A stretch of DNA of 64,000 nucleotides from Veillonella parvula (GCF_032472435.1 NZ_JAWEGM010000001.1:124928-188927); one strand, 5' to 3'; numbered from the stretch's first letter, positions 10,304-20,640 are shown. The notes: generated by a model from the letters alone, not told the origin. Translations and numbers: made by a program.

Positions 10304-10912
10304 ATGACATTAAATGATATTTTAAATGAACAGCGTATTTACGCGATGATTAATGATGTGCCGATTTTACGAGAGTCTGAGGTTCATCTATTTGAAGAAT
10401 TAATAGGTTTATACCGGCCCACCTCTGTGTTAGAGGTGGGCACCGCCATTGGTTACTCCGCTTTGTTGATGGCTCCGCTACTCGACGAGGAAGAGGGGCA
10501 TATTACATCCATTGAACTGGATGATGTGCGTCACGAAATGGCGAAATATTATATTAACCAATCCGATTATGCCGATAACATTACATTGCTGAAAGGCGAT
10601 GCATCTCAAGTCTTAACGGAACTCACAGGCGAATATGATCTAGTGTTTTTAGATGGTCCAAAGGGGCAATATTTAAAACAACTTGAACTTATTTTGCCAC
10701 ATGTGAAAGAAGGGGGCGTCATTCTTGCAGATAATGTACTCTTTAGAGGCTACGTAAGGGGCGATAAGGAACCACCAAAACGGTTCAAAACCATCGTAAA
10801 ACGGTTACAAGAATACTTAACATATGTTGAAAATAAAGAATTGTTTAACACTACCATTTACCCAATGGGTGATGGCATGAGTGTGAGTGTGTGGAAAGGG
10901 CACAACAAATAA
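10304..10912 (+). CDS. Class I SAM-dependent O-methyltransferase (YrrM/TrmR-like)
   Basis: SAM motif VLEVGTAIGYSAL and the motif FLDGPK. Synteny matches B. subtilis yrrM. Confidence 0.8.
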   Translation: MTLNDILNEQRIYAMINDVPILRESEVHLFEELIGLYRPTSVLEVGTAIGYSALLMAPLLDEEEGHITSIELDDVRHEMAKYYINQSDYADNITLLKGDASQVLTELTGEYDLVFLDGPKGQYLKQLELILPHVKEGGVILADNVLFRGYVRGDKEPPKRFKTIVKRLQEYLTYVENKELFNTTIYPMGDGMSVSVWKGHNK

Positions 10913-12156
10913 TGGCAGAACATTTTATGGAATTGCTTTGTCCTGCAGGTAATATGGACAAGCTTAAAATGGCTATCCGCTATGGTGCGGATGCCGTATA
11001 TTGCGCAGGTAAACGCTTTGGCTTGCGCGCAGGAAACTCTAATTTCTCCGACGAGGAATTAAGGGAAGCTGTAGAATTTGTACATGCACATGGTAAAAAG
11101 ATTCATGTTACATGTAATATCATTCCTCATAATGAGGATTTTGAAGGTTTAGAGGATTATTTGAAATTCCTTGAAAGTATCGGTGTTGATGCTATCATCG
11201 TTGCCGATATGGGTATCTTTAGCCTTGCTAAGCGCGTAGCTCCAGGTTTAGAGCTTCACGTAAGTACACAAGCTTCCACTACGAATTGGCATACAGTTCA
11301 AATGTGGAAAGAACTTGGTGCCACACGTGTTGTAGCGGCTCGCGAAGTATCCTTAGCAGACCTTAAAGAAATGAAGGATCATGTAGATATTGAAATTGAG
11401 TCCTTCGTACATGGTTCTATGTGTATTTCTTACTCTGGTCGCTGCTTATTGTCTAACTATATGACAGGTAATCGCGATGCGAACCGTGGTCAATGTTCTC
11501 AATCTTGTCGATGGAAATATTCTCTTGTGGAATCTAATCGACCTGGTGAATATTACCCAATCGAAGAAGATGAACATGGCACGTATATCTTTAACTCTAA
11601 AGACTTGTGTTTAATTCACCGCATTCCAGATCTATATGAAGCTGGTATTGATAGCCTTAAAATCGAAGGTCGCATGAAATCCGTTCACTACTGTGCCACA
11701 GTGGCAAAAGTATATCGCACAGCGATTGATACATACCTTAAAGAAGGTAAAGATTGGTACGTTCGTCCAGAATGGATTGCAGAATTAGAAAAGATTTCCC
11801 ATCGCCCTTATACAGACGGCTTTGCTGAAGGTCGTCCTGATGAAACGGCGCAAAACTATGGTAAATCTACGAATACTCAAAGTCATGACTTCATCGGTTT
11901 AGTTATGGGCTACAACGAAGAAGAAAAATACGTTGATCTTGAACAACGTAATAACTTCAAGGTGGGTGATAAGGTAGAATTCTGTCAACCAAAAGGGGAA
12001 CTCGTTGAAACTGTTATCGAAAAAATGACAGATGAAGATGGTAATCCTATCGATGTAGCACCGCATGCACAAATGAAAGTACGCATTTACATGGATACAC
12101 CACTTGAACCGTATTCCATGATGCGTCGTGAGTGCAAACCTAAAGAGGATGAATAG
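10912..12156 (+). CDS. Peptidase U32 family protein (YrrN/YrrO, TrhP-like)
   Basis: ELLCPAGN N-terminus, the motifs EIESFVHGSMCISYSGRCLLSNY and LKIEGRMK. ATG at 10912 overlaps the upstream stop (TAATG). Confidence 0.85.
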   Translation: MAEHFMELLCPAGNMDKLKMAIRYGADAVYCAGKRFGLRAGNSNFSDEELREAVEFVHAHGKKIHVTCNIIPHNEDFEGLEDYLKFLESIGVDAIIVADMGIFSLAKRVAPGLELHVSTQASTTNWHTVQMWKELGATRVVAAREVSLADLKEMKDHVDIEIESFVHGSMCISYSGRCLLSNYMTGNRDANRGQCSQSCRWKYSLVESNRPGEYYPIEEDEHGTYIFNSKDLCLIHRIPDLYEAGIDSLKIEGRMKSVHYCATVAKVYRTAIDTYLKEGKDWYVRPEWIAELEKISHRPYTDGFAEGRPDETAQNYGKSTNTQSHDFIGLVMGYNEEEKYVDLEQRNNFKVGDKVEFCQPKGELVETVIEKMTDEDGNPIDVAPHAQMKVRIYMDTPLEPYSMMRRECKPKEDE

Positions 12157-12159
12157 TTT

Positions 12160-12435
12160 ATGAGTGGTGCAGCCTTAGAGCCGAGTAAATCAATTGGTGC
12201 ATTTCCAGATGTACCCGATTTAACCACCTCTGGAGAAGAAGCGTATGTGTACTTTCACATTGATCCTAAGCATACGAATTTCATCAATCGCATCATTGAA
12301 GGCTATGAATATTTAGGTGTTATGACCTCTGTAGATGCGAGTGGGCGCTGCATGTTGCGTTGCACACCATCTACAAGGCCCTTGGCGCTTGAAGTATTAA
12401 GTAGCTTATCCGACTATGTCACTATAGAAGGTTAA
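12160..12435 (+). CDS. DUF4911-like small protein
   Basis: 91 aa with a RIIEGYEYLGVMTSVD motif. It is tightly coupled to the U32 gene. Confidence 0.6.
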   Translation: MSGAALEPSKSIGAFPDVPDLTTSGEEAYVYFHIDPKHTNFINRIIEGYEYLGVMTSVDASGRCMLRCTPSTRPLALEVLSSLSDYVTIEG

Positions 12436-12536
12436 GTATAATTTTGATTGTAAATCGTATGAGGAAATTTTATGACTATACTAGATTTACAATTACATCA
12501 AATGTATACAAATTATAGAGAAATGAGAGTATATCT

Positions 12537-13526
12537 ATGAAACAATCTATTTTGAAACGCGCATTATTAACAGCTTGCCTTGGAGTATCGATGGCAAGTG
12601 TAGCTATGGCGGGCCCTGTAGGCCCTGTCGTTATTCCTCAAGCAGGGGATGTGGTTGTTATCAATCATGGCCCTGATATGACGTTTACAGGGAATATCAA
12701 TTTTGATGTGGAAAGCCAAACTAACAACAATTTACAAATTGGCTCTACTGTGATTCCTAATGTAGTATATGGTGCGGCATTCAATAAATCTGGTGCACCA
12801 GATACCATCATCCCGGCTCAAACGTATGTATATGTAGGCACAAAAGACGGGGCGAATGCTTTCACAGAAGCTAGCGATGCAGATAAAAAAGGTGCAAGCT
12901 GGAATGTGGAAACATTAAAGAAAACTAAATCTGGCGATGTACAATTGGCGAGCCGTGGCGTTCCTGAAAAACCATTGGCTAACCAAGTGGCGACCATTAA
13001 AGATTCCATTATGCTTAGCGCTGTAGATCTTAGTATGACAGAAGTAGGACGCAATAGCAAGGGTGTTTTATATATGACTGTGCCTAAGGAATTGAAATTG
13101 ACTGCTGACACAGGCATTCCTGATGATGTGCGTGAAACGATGCCAGCCATGTTCCGCGGCAAGATGGGTGACTCCCTCATGGTAAATCTCATGCCTCTAA
13201 ATGAAGAAGAAAAGCAACAATTAGCGGCAAATCCACATAATGCAAATACAATCGTATTTAACCGTGGTATGAACATGGCAAAAATGATCGGTTCCTCTGC
13301 GCGTACAAGCAAGGTGTATACATACATGAAGGACCATTATTTGAACCTTGTTATCGTAGCGAAAGATTACGATGATAACGGGGCTCGCGGTAGCGGTGTT
13401 ATGATGGTATCTAAACAAGATAACTCTAACGACGTGCTCTTAACACTCTACAAAGGTCCAGACCTTTCCACTAGCAAGTTGGAAAAAGTAATTGGAGCTA
13501 TGCTGTCTACAAACTTCAAACGTTAA
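12537..13526 (+). CDS. Secreted hypothetical protein
   Basis: Clear signal peptide (LLTACLGVSMASVAMA). I recognise no family. A long imperfect hairpin plus T-tract follows at about 13551-13628. Confidence 0.6.
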   Translation: MKQSILKRALLTACLGVSMASVAMAGPVGPVVIPQAGDVVVINHGPDMTFTGNINFDVESQTNNNLQIGSTVIPNVVYGAAFNKSGAPDTIIPAQTYVYVGTKDGANAFTEASDADKKGASWNVETLKKTKSGDVQLASRGVPEKPLANQVATIKDSIMLSAVDLSMTEVGRNSKGVLYMTVPKELKLTADTGIPDDVRETMPAMFRGKMGDSLMVNLMPLNEEEKQQLAANPHNANTIVFNRGMNMAKMIGSSARTSKVYTYMKDHYLNLVIVAKDYDDNGARGSGVMMVSKQDNSNDVLLTLYKGPDLSTSKLEKVIGAMLSTNFKR

Positions 13527-13762
13527 TTTATAAATAATGCATATAAAATGGCTCGAGATTCTGATATGTTCTGCCTTTACTGGTTGTCTAGTAAAGGGGA
13601 GCATATCATTCGCGGGCCGTTTTCTTTAAAATATAAATGTATCAATATAAATGAAGAGAAGATTTACAATTTATGGATTTAAAAAATTACAATTTATAGT
13701 TTTCAAGAAATTTACAGTTAAACTGTATTGAATTTTTTAGTCCTCTATGATACTATAATCTA

Positions 13763-14021
13763 GTAAAAGTGATGCAAAGGACATGATTCTTTTATCCCTG
13801 TGTACCAGAGAGAGGCAGATGCTGGAAATGCCTTACACATATATTAGAGTTACCCCCTTTAAACTGATTTGTCGAACCTAAGTAGGCAAGTACGGCCGCC
13901 ACCGTTATCGGGCTTAATGAAGTGAATTAACTATACACATATATTGGTATAGGTAGTTAACTAGGGTGGAACCGCGAATGATCTTCGTCCCTTGTTTGTA
14001 GGGATAGAGGATCTTTTTTTA
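13763..14021 (+). promoter_or_regulatory. T-box leader (threonine) with terminator/antiterminator upstream of thrS
   Basis: AGAGAG box at about 13808. T-box sequence AACTAGGGTGGAACCGCG at 13958-13976. Terminator hairpin plus T7 at about 13979-14020. A candidate ACC specifier lies at 13876-13878. Putative promoter: TTGAAT (13728-33), 17 nt spacer, TGaTACTAT (13748-56). Confidence 0.85.
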
Positions 14022-14136
14022 TTACCCAATTTCTTCAAGATATTTACTCACTGTATATGTATTGTGTGGTATGTGAGTATATTGGGGACAGTGAAAAATT
14101 AAAGCTATCCTAGTTTATAAATTGGAGGAAAGAAAA

Positions 14137-16047
14137 ATGGCAGATGTAAAAATCATTTTACCGGATGGTAGTGCAAAGGAATACGCTGCTGGCACTACCC
14201 TTGGGGAAGCAGTAAAACAATTATCTAACAGCTTGGCTAAAAAAGTACTAGCTGCAAACGTAAATGGCGAATTAACAGACCTTCGCGAAGAACTTGTAGA
14301 TGGCTCTGAAGTTGCGTTCTTAACATTCGAAGATGAAGGGGGCAAACATACTTTGCGCCATACAGCTTCTCATATCTTGGCACAAGCTGTTAAACGTTTA
14401 TGGCCTGAAGCTAAATTGGCTATCGGACCTGCTATCGATAAGGGTTTCTACTATGATATCGATATGGAACATACTTTGACTCCTGAAGATTTGGGTAAAA
14501 TCGAAAAGGAAATGAGCCGTATTGTAAAAGAAAATTTACCGATTACTAAATCCGTTATGCCTCGTCAAGAAGCTATCGAATTCTTTAAAGCTAAAAATGA
14601 AGATTACAAGGTAGAATTGATTCAAGATCTTCCTGAAGATGCTGTAATCTCTTGCTATGCGCAAGGCGACTTCATCGATCTTTGTGCAGGTCCTCACGTG
14701 GCATCCACTGGTAAGGTAAAAGCTTTCAAATTACAAAGCATTGCAGGTGCATACTGGCGCGGCGATGAAAAGAACAAAATGTTGCAACGTATTTACGGTA
14801 CAGCATTCGAGAAAAAAGAAGAACTTGATGCATACCTTCACTTGCTTGAAGAAGCAGCTAAACGCGACCACCGTAAGCTTGGTAAAGAACTTGGCTTGTT
14901 TGTTATCAAAGAAGAAGGTCCTGGTTTCCCATTCTTCTTGCCAAAAGGCATGGCTCTTCGCAACGAATTAGAAAACTTCTGGCGCGAAGTTCACCATGAA
15001 TTTGAATACGAAGAAATCCGTACACCAATCATCTTGAACAAACAATTGTGGGAAACATCTGGTCACTGGTTCCATTACCGTGAAAATATGTACACTACAA
15101 TCATCGACGAAGAAGAATATGCAATTAAACCTATGAACTGCCCAGGCGGTATCTTAGTTTACCAAAACGAAATGCACTCTTACCGTGACTTCCCATTGCG
15201 TTACGCTGAACTTGGTCTAGTTCACCGTCATGAATTATCTGGTGCATTACACGGCTTGTTCCGAGTACGTGCTTTCACACAAGACGATGCTCACGTATTC
15301 ATGTTGCCATCTCAAATGCAATCTGAGTTGATGAAAGTTATCGAATTATTTGACCGTATCTATAGTCAATTCGGCTTGAAATATCATGTAGAATTGTCCA
15401 CTAAACCTGATAATGCAATGGGTGATGACGCCATTTGGGAAGCAGCGACAGAAGCATTGCGTAATGCTATTGAAGCGAAAGGCATTCCATACGTAATCAA
15501 CCCTGGCGACGGCGCATTCTACGGTCCTAAACTTGACTACCATATCGAAGACTCCTTGGGCCGTACATGGCAATGTGGTACTATTCAATTGGATATGAAC
15601 TTGCCAGAACGTTTCCAAATTGAATATGTTGGTGAAGATGGTCAAAAACATCGCCCTATTATGATTCACCGTGCATGCTTCGGCTCCATGGAACGTTTTA
15701 TCGGTATCTTAACTGAACACTATGCAGGTGCATTCCCAACATGGATGGCTCCTGTACAAGTTAAAATCTTGCCTATCTCTGAAAAACACGTTGAATATGC
15801 TAAGGACTTGGCAAAACAAATGCACCGTGACTATGTACGTGTGGAAGTAGACGATCGCAGCGAAAAAATCGGTTATAAAATCCGCCAAGCACAAATGGCA
15901 AAGGTTCCATACATGCTTGTTGTGGGTGATAAAGAGGTCGAAGAAGGCACAGTTAATGTTCGTAAACACGGTGGTGACGAATTGGGCTCCGTACCATTCG
16001 AAGAATTCTTCAATTCTATTAAAACTGAAATTAAAGAACGCAACTAA
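14137..16047 (+). CDS. thrS: Threonine--tRNA ligase
   Basis: TGS domain N-terminus (VKIILPDGS), the editing-domain HTASHILA, and class II motifs. The ATG at 14137 follows a GGAGGAA RBS. Confidence 0.97.
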   Translation: MADVKIILPDGSAKEYAAGTTLGEAVKQLSNSLAKKVLAANVNGELTDLREELVDGSEVAFLTFEDEGGKHTLRHTASHILAQAVKRLWPEAKLAIGPAIDKGFYYDIDMEHTLTPEDLGKIEKEMSRIVKENLPITKSVMPRQEAIEFFKAKNEDYKVELIQDLPEDAVISCYAQGDFIDLCAGPHVASTGKVKAFKLQSIAGAYWRGDEKNKMLQRIYGTAFEKKEELDAYLHLLEEAAKRDHRKLGKELGLFVIKEEGPGFPFFLPKGMALRNELENFWREVHHEFEYEEIRTPIILNKQLWETSGHWFHYRENMYTTIIDEEEYAIKPMNCPGGILVYQNEMHSYRDFPLRYAELGLVHRHELSGALHGLFRVRAFTQDDAHVFMLPSQMQSELMKVIELFDRIYSQFGLKYHVELSTKPDNAMGDDAIWEAATEALRNAIEAKGIPYVINPGDGAFYGPKLDYHIEDSLGRTWQCGTIQLDMNLPERFQIEYVGEDGQKHRPIMIHRACFGSMERFIGILTEHYAGAFPTWMAPVQVKILPISEKHVEYAKDLAKQMHRDYVRVEVDDRSEKIGYKIRQAQMAKVPYMLVVGDKEVEEGTVNVRKHGGDELGSVPFEEFFNSIKTEIKERN

Positions 16048-16199
16048 TTATTTACTCTCCTAGTAATTATAATGTTATAAATCCCCCTCACATCTTGCAC
16101 AATTTAAATTAGTCTGTATAATTTAATAGTGATGAGATTATAAGAGGGGGATTTTGTATTATATTCGCTTTAATTGTTACCTGTGAGTAGCGAAAGGAA

Positions 16200-17411
16200 A
16201 TGACTATGAAAGAAGTAAATTCATACGGTTGGAAAGCTGTTATTGGTTCCTCTATTGGCTATGCCATGGATGGGTTTGATCTCTTGATTCTCGGCTTTAT
16301 GTTGAGCTTAATTTCAGGGGACTTAGGTTTGACCACAGGTCAAGCAGGTTCCCTTGTGACGTGGACCTTGGTAGGTGCTGTAATTGGTGGTTTTATCTTT
16401 GGTACCTTGTCAGATAAGTTTGGCCGTGTTCGTGTGTTGACATGGACTATTGTATTATTCGCTGTATTCACTGGTCTATGTGCTTTTGCACAAGGGTATT
16501 GGGATCTTCTCATATATCGTACAATTGCCGGTATCGGCTTAGGCGGTGAATTCGGTATTGGTATGGCCTTAGCAGCTGAAGCATGGCCTGCACAACACCG
16601 TGCAAAAGCGACGAGCTATGTTGCCATCGGTTGGCAGTTAGGCGTATTGGCCGCAGCACTGTTAACGCCCGTATTACTCCCTTATATTGGCTGGCGTGGT
16701 ATGTTCATGGTTGGCATTATTCCTGCCTTTGTAGCCTGGTTCTTTCGTGCGAAATTACATGAACCAGAAATCTTTGTTCAAAGTAAAGAAATTAAGGAAC
16801 ATTCCCATACGAACTCATTCAAGTTATTAGTAAAAGATGTAAGAACTACAAAGACATCTATAGGTGTTGCTATTTTAACATCTGTTCAAAACTTTGGTTA
16901 CTACGGTATTATGATTTGGTTGCCTAACTTCTTGAGTAAGCAATTAGGGTTTTCTCTTACAAAATCGGGTTTGTGGACTGCCGTAACTGTATGTGGTATG
17001 ATGGTCGGCATTTGGTTATTCGGACGATTGGCTGATAAAATTGGTCGTAAACCGACATTTATTTTGTTCCAAGTATGTGCTGTGGTATCTATCTTGATTT
17101 ACTCTCAACTATCTGATCCAACAGCTATGCTATTTGCCGGTGCTATTTTAGGGGCCTCCGTAAATGGTATGATGGGTGGCTATGGTGCCTTGATGGCGGA
17201 AGCATATCCAACAAGTGCTCGTGCAACAGCTCAAAATGTATTATTTAACATTGGTCGTGCTGTAGGTGGCTTTAGCCCAATGGTAGTAGGCATGATCATC
17301 TCACTGTACTCCTACCAAGTGGCAATCGCTTTCCTCGCGATTATCTATGTAATCGATATTTTAGCAACCGTATTCTTAATTCCTGAACTAAAAGGTAAGG
17401 AATTAGAATAA
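16200..17411 (+). CDS. MFS transporter (12-TM; substrate unknown)
   Basis: MFS signature GTLSDKFGRVRV between TM2 and TM3 and its repeat GRLADKIGRKP. Hydrophobic throughout. Confidence 0.85.
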   Translation: MTMKEVNSYGWKAVIGSSIGYAMDGFDLLILGFMLSLISGDLGLTTGQAGSLVTWTLVGAVIGGFIFGTLSDKFGRVRVLTWTIVLFAVFTGLCAFAQGYWDLLIYRTIAGIGLGGEFGIGMALAAEAWPAQHRAKATSYVAIGWQLGVLAAALLTPVLLPYIGWRGMFMVGIIPAFVAWFFRAKLHEPEIFVQSKEIKEHSHTNSFKLLVKDVRTTKTSIGVAILTSVQNFGYYGIMIWLPNFLSKQLGFSLTKSGLWTAVTVCGMMVGIWLFGRLADKIGRKPTFILFQVCAVVSILIYSQLSDPTAMLFAGAILGASVNGMMGGYGALMAEAYPTSARATAQNVLFNIGRAVGGFSPMVVGMIISLYSYQVAIAFLAIIYVIDILATVFLIPELKGKELE

Positions 17412-17482
17412 ATAAATAATTTTGAAAGCTTTACATTGAAAAGAACATAGACGTTTTATATTGAAACGCATATAAAAATCAA

Positions 17483-17510
17483 GAGGCTCTGTCATAAGAC
17501 AGAGCCTTTT
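17483..17510. terminator. Bidirectional terminator between convergent transporter genes
   Basis: AGGCTCTGTC-ATAA-GACAGAGCCT perfect hairpin with a T-tract on the + strand and an A-run upstream. Confidence 0.8.
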
Positions 17511-17575
17511 ATAGTATGTTTAATTTAAAATATTAGAATTATCTAGAATATTTGGTCTATTTAGAATATTTAGAC

Positions 17576-19071
17576 TTAAGCAATTCCGATCCAGTGCCAG
17601 TATGTAAGTGCAAATACGAGCATTATTACATATCCAATAATTGTTAATGGAATACCTGTAGTCATAAATGTTTTTACGTCGAATGTATCTGTACCATAAG
17701 CTACCATGCCTTGTGGTGAGTTTACTGGTAATACTAAACCGAAGCAGATTGCATATTGCATGAGCATTGTTACGCCAAGTGGATTAAGTCCTTCTGCGTT
17801 ATGTCCTACTACAATAGAAATTACAATAGGAATCATGGCAGAGGAGAGGGCAGTGGCCGATGCAAAGCCTAGGTGAATCATAATAAGGAATGCAGCCATT
17901 ACGGCAATTAAGATGAACACGCTAGCGCTTTCAAGGGAGAAGGCATTGACGAATACTTGAGCAAGCCAAGTAGCTGCTTTTGTTTTAAGCAATACAGAGC
18001 CAAGACCGATACCAGCACCAAACATAACGATGGAACCCCAGTCGATGTTTGGCTGTGCAAATTTCCAGTCCATAATGCCAATTTTAGGGAAGAAGAATAA
18101 GGCAATTGCTATAATTGTAGTTGTTGTAGTATCGATGGTATGTAATTTACCTCCCGTTGCCCACAATGCTAATAAACCGATAGAGATGCATAATAGTTTC
18201 TTTTCATCAAATGTCATTGGACCGATTTCTTTACGCATTTTAGCGAGTTGTACATCACCGCCAACGAGTTCTTTAAACTCAGGTTTAATAAAAGCTTGCG
18301 TTACAAAGTAGGTAATGATAGCCATAATTATGGAGAACGGTGCAGCTGCTGTGAGCCAATCAATCCAACTTACAGATGTATTCATCTGTGTTTGCATAAA
18401 CCCAACAGCTACGAGGTTTTGAGCGGCAGCTGTTTGAATCATAATATTCCAAAATGTATCTGCTTGTACGGCACCTACCATGAGTAGGGCTGCTACACGA
18501 CTTTTACGTTCAATACCTAAGTTTTCAACGATACCGATAATAATTGGAGCAAGACAAGCGATACGAGCCGTTGCACTCGGTACAAAGAAGAGGCTAGAAT
18601 AAGACCTGTAATAATAACACCTAAATAGATACGGCTTACCTTTGTGCCTACACTAGATAACACGAGCATGGCAATGCGACGATCGAGACCTGTTTTACGC
18701 ATGGCTACAGAAATAAACATAGCGGCACCGACGAGAATCATCGCAGGAGAAGAATAACCTGAAATAATCAGTTTTAAGGCATTGGCTGTGCCCATAGCTT
18801 TCGCTGGCGCTTCTGGATTTGGAGAGAAGCCTAGTAATAAGGCCGTGAGCGCCGTAATCATGGTCGCACTTACCGGATAGGATACAGCCGATGTCATCCA
18901 CAAGATGATAGCAAAGGCGAGGACACCAATCATGCGATGACCACCGGTAGATAATGGCTCTGGTGTTGGTAATAATAAAATGCTGCCTAAAACAATAAAG
19001 GCAAGAATAAGACCTATATTTTGAACTGTTGTACGCTCCTTTTGAGAAGGCGAACTAGTTGTTACACTCAT
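17576..19071 (-). pseudogene. DASS/SLC13-type anion (di/tricarboxylate) permease interrupted by a single frameshift
   Basis: Two adjacent ORFs (18517-19071 and 17576-18481) together form one permease. Shifting frame by one nucleotide at the CTTCTTT run (about 18586-18596) restores ...ILAS(F)FVPSATARIACLAPIIIGIVENLGIERKSRVAALLMVGAVQAD..., which joins the two halves. Confidence 0.75.
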
Positions 19072-19110
19072 AATAAAACCCCTTTCACTTTGTGTAATAC
19101 CTATTACTGT

Positions 19111-19170
19111 ATAATACCTAGTTAGATAATGTTTAGTTAGATAATGTTTAGTTAGATAATACCTAGTTAG
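19111..19170. repeat. Four tandem 15-bp repeats ATAAT(ACC/GTT)TAGTTAG in A-B-B-A order
   Basis: Read directly from the sequence: ataatacctagttag / ataatgtttagttag / ataatgtttagttag / ataatacctagttag. The array lies 40-100 nt upstream of the DASS permease start. Confidence 0.9.
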
Positions 19171-19355
19171 GTAGAATATATTATATATATTATTGTATCG
19201 TATTTTTTCTATAGAATTAATAATTATATTATAGAAATATTGTATACATAAAGGGGGATAGGTGTCAGTAAGTATACCTATATACAGAACTTATAATCTC
19301 TGTTATACTGTAAGAGTTGTAATAATAAATTGCTGAGAGCAACCTAAGATTGTTG

Positions 19356-19384
19356 TTGACTTTCACTATCTAATTTGTTATTAT
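19356..19384 (+). promoter_or_regulatory. Putative sigma-70 promoter of the infC operon
   Basis: TTGACT (19356-61), 17-nt spacer, TGtTATTAT extended -10 (19376-84). Confidence 0.5.
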
Positions 19385-19394
19385 AATTAAGTAA

Positions 19395-19495
19395 TTTATG
19401 AAGCAGAGGCCATCCGCCACTCACCTAATACCAAGAAGTATGAGGTTAATATAGAGAATTCTATTCGGATGGTGTTTGCCGTCCGTTTTTTTTTA
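19395..19495 (+). promoter_or_regulatory. infC-rpmI-rplT leader with intrinsic terminator (candidate L20-responsive attenuator)
   Basis: About 110-nt leader. It ends in the hairpin CGGATGG-TGTTTG-CCGTCCG followed by T9 (19466-19494), immediately before the infC RBS. Confidence 0.5.
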
Positions 19496-19515
19496 TTCTC
19501 TTGGAGGTGAACGCT

Positions 19516-20025
19516 ATTAGCAAGGATACACCACGCATTAATGAAGAGATTCGTGCTCGTGAACTTCGTGTCGTAGGTCCTGAAAACGAACAAATCGGTA
19601 TTATGTCTGGCCGTGAGGCTTTGGCATTGGCTGAAGAACAGCATCTTGATCTTGTGGAAATTGCACCTAACGCTAAACCACCAGTAGCTCGCATTATGAA
19701 CTACGGTAAATATCGTTATGAACAACAAAAACGCGAGAAAGAAGCGAAGAAAAAACAAAAAATCGTAACTTTGAAAGAAGTCAAATTACGTCCACATATT
19801 GAAGACCATGACTTTTACGTAAAAATGAAAAATGCATCCAAATTCTTGGCTGAAGGTAACAAAGTAAAAGTAACCATTATGTTCCGCGGTCGTGAGCTTT
19901 CACACCCTGAACTCGGCATGGCGGTATTGACACGTTTTGCTGATGAACTCAAAGAAACGGCGTCTATTGAAAAAGCAGCTAAGTTAGAAGGTCGTAACAT
20001 GACCATGATTTTAGTAAGTAAATAA
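19516..20025 (+). CDS. infC: Translation initiation factor IF-3
   Basis: [14 protein letters not shown] and the IF3 C-terminal domain. The probable start is ATT at 19516, 6 nt after GGAGGTG. In-frame alternatives are TTG 19501 and GTG 19507. Confidence 0.95.
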   Translation: MSKDTPRINEEIRARELRVVGPENEQIGIMSGREALALAEEQHLDLVEIAPNAKPPVARIMNYGKYRYEQQKREKEAKKKQKIVTLKEVKLRPHIEDHDFYVKMKNASKFLAEGNKVKVTIMFRGRELSHPELGMAVLTRFADELKETASIEKAAKLEGRNMTMILVSK

Positions 20026-20045
20026 GGTATTGGGAGGATTATATT

Positions 20046-20243
20046 ATGCCAAAAATTAAAACTCGTCGCGCAGCGGCTAAACGTTTCGCAGTAACTGGTA
20101 CTGGTGAATTCAAGCGTGCGAAAGCTTTCAAAAGCCACATTCTTGAGAAGAAATCTCCAGCTCGTAAACGTAATTTACGTAAAGCTACATTGGTTGCAAA
20201 AGCTGACCACAAACGCGTAGCTAAATGCTTACCATACGCTTAA
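20046..20243 (+). CDS. rpmI: 50S ribosomal protein L35
   Basis: [15 protein letters not shown]-terminus. GGGAGG RBS. Confidence 0.97.
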   Translation: MPKIKTRRAAAKRFAVTGTGEFKRAKAFKSHILEKKSPARKRNLRKATLVAKADHKRVAKCLPYA

Positions 20244-20289
20244 TCGTTAACTATTAGATCGATACATCGTAATTTAGGAGGAATATACA

Positions 20290-20640
20290 ATGGCAAGAGT
20301 GAAAAAGGGCGTTACAGCTCATGCACGTCATAAAAAGATTTTAAAATTAGCTAAAGGTTACCGTGGTACACGTTCCCGTTTGTTCAAAAAAGCTAACGAA
20401 ACAGTAATGAAAGCGTTGTACTACGCTCGTCGTGACCGTCGTGCGAAAAAACGCGAATTCCGTCAATTGTGGATCGCTCGTATCAACGCAGCGGCTCGCA
20501 TCAACGGTACAACTTACAGTCGTTTCATCGCTGGTTTAGCTAAAGCAGGCGTTGAAGTTAACCGTAAAATGTTGGCTGACTTGGCAGTTAACGATGCAGC
20601 AGCATTCGCTAAACTTGTTGAAGTAGCTAAAAACGCTTAA
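20290..20640 (+). CDS. rplT: 50S ribosomal protein L20
   Basis: [27 protein letters not shown]-terminus. Confidence 0.97.
   Translation: MARVKKGVTAHARHKKILKLAKGYRGTRSRLFKKANETVMKALYYARRDRRAKKREFRQLWIARINAAARINGTTYSRFIAGLAKAGVEVNRKMLADLAVNDAAAFAKLVEVAKNA

Noticed and set aside
17908-18487. Small ORFs on both strands within the DASS permease region (17908-18105, 18030-18311, 18248-18487).
   Set aside because: They overlap the permease reading frame and are explained by the single-frameshift pseudogene model.
19396-19758. Minus-strand ORFs (120 and 77 aa) across the infC leader and 5' end.
   Set aside because: They are antisense to infC and its leader, have no RBS, and one is largely reverse-translated conserved IF3 sequence.
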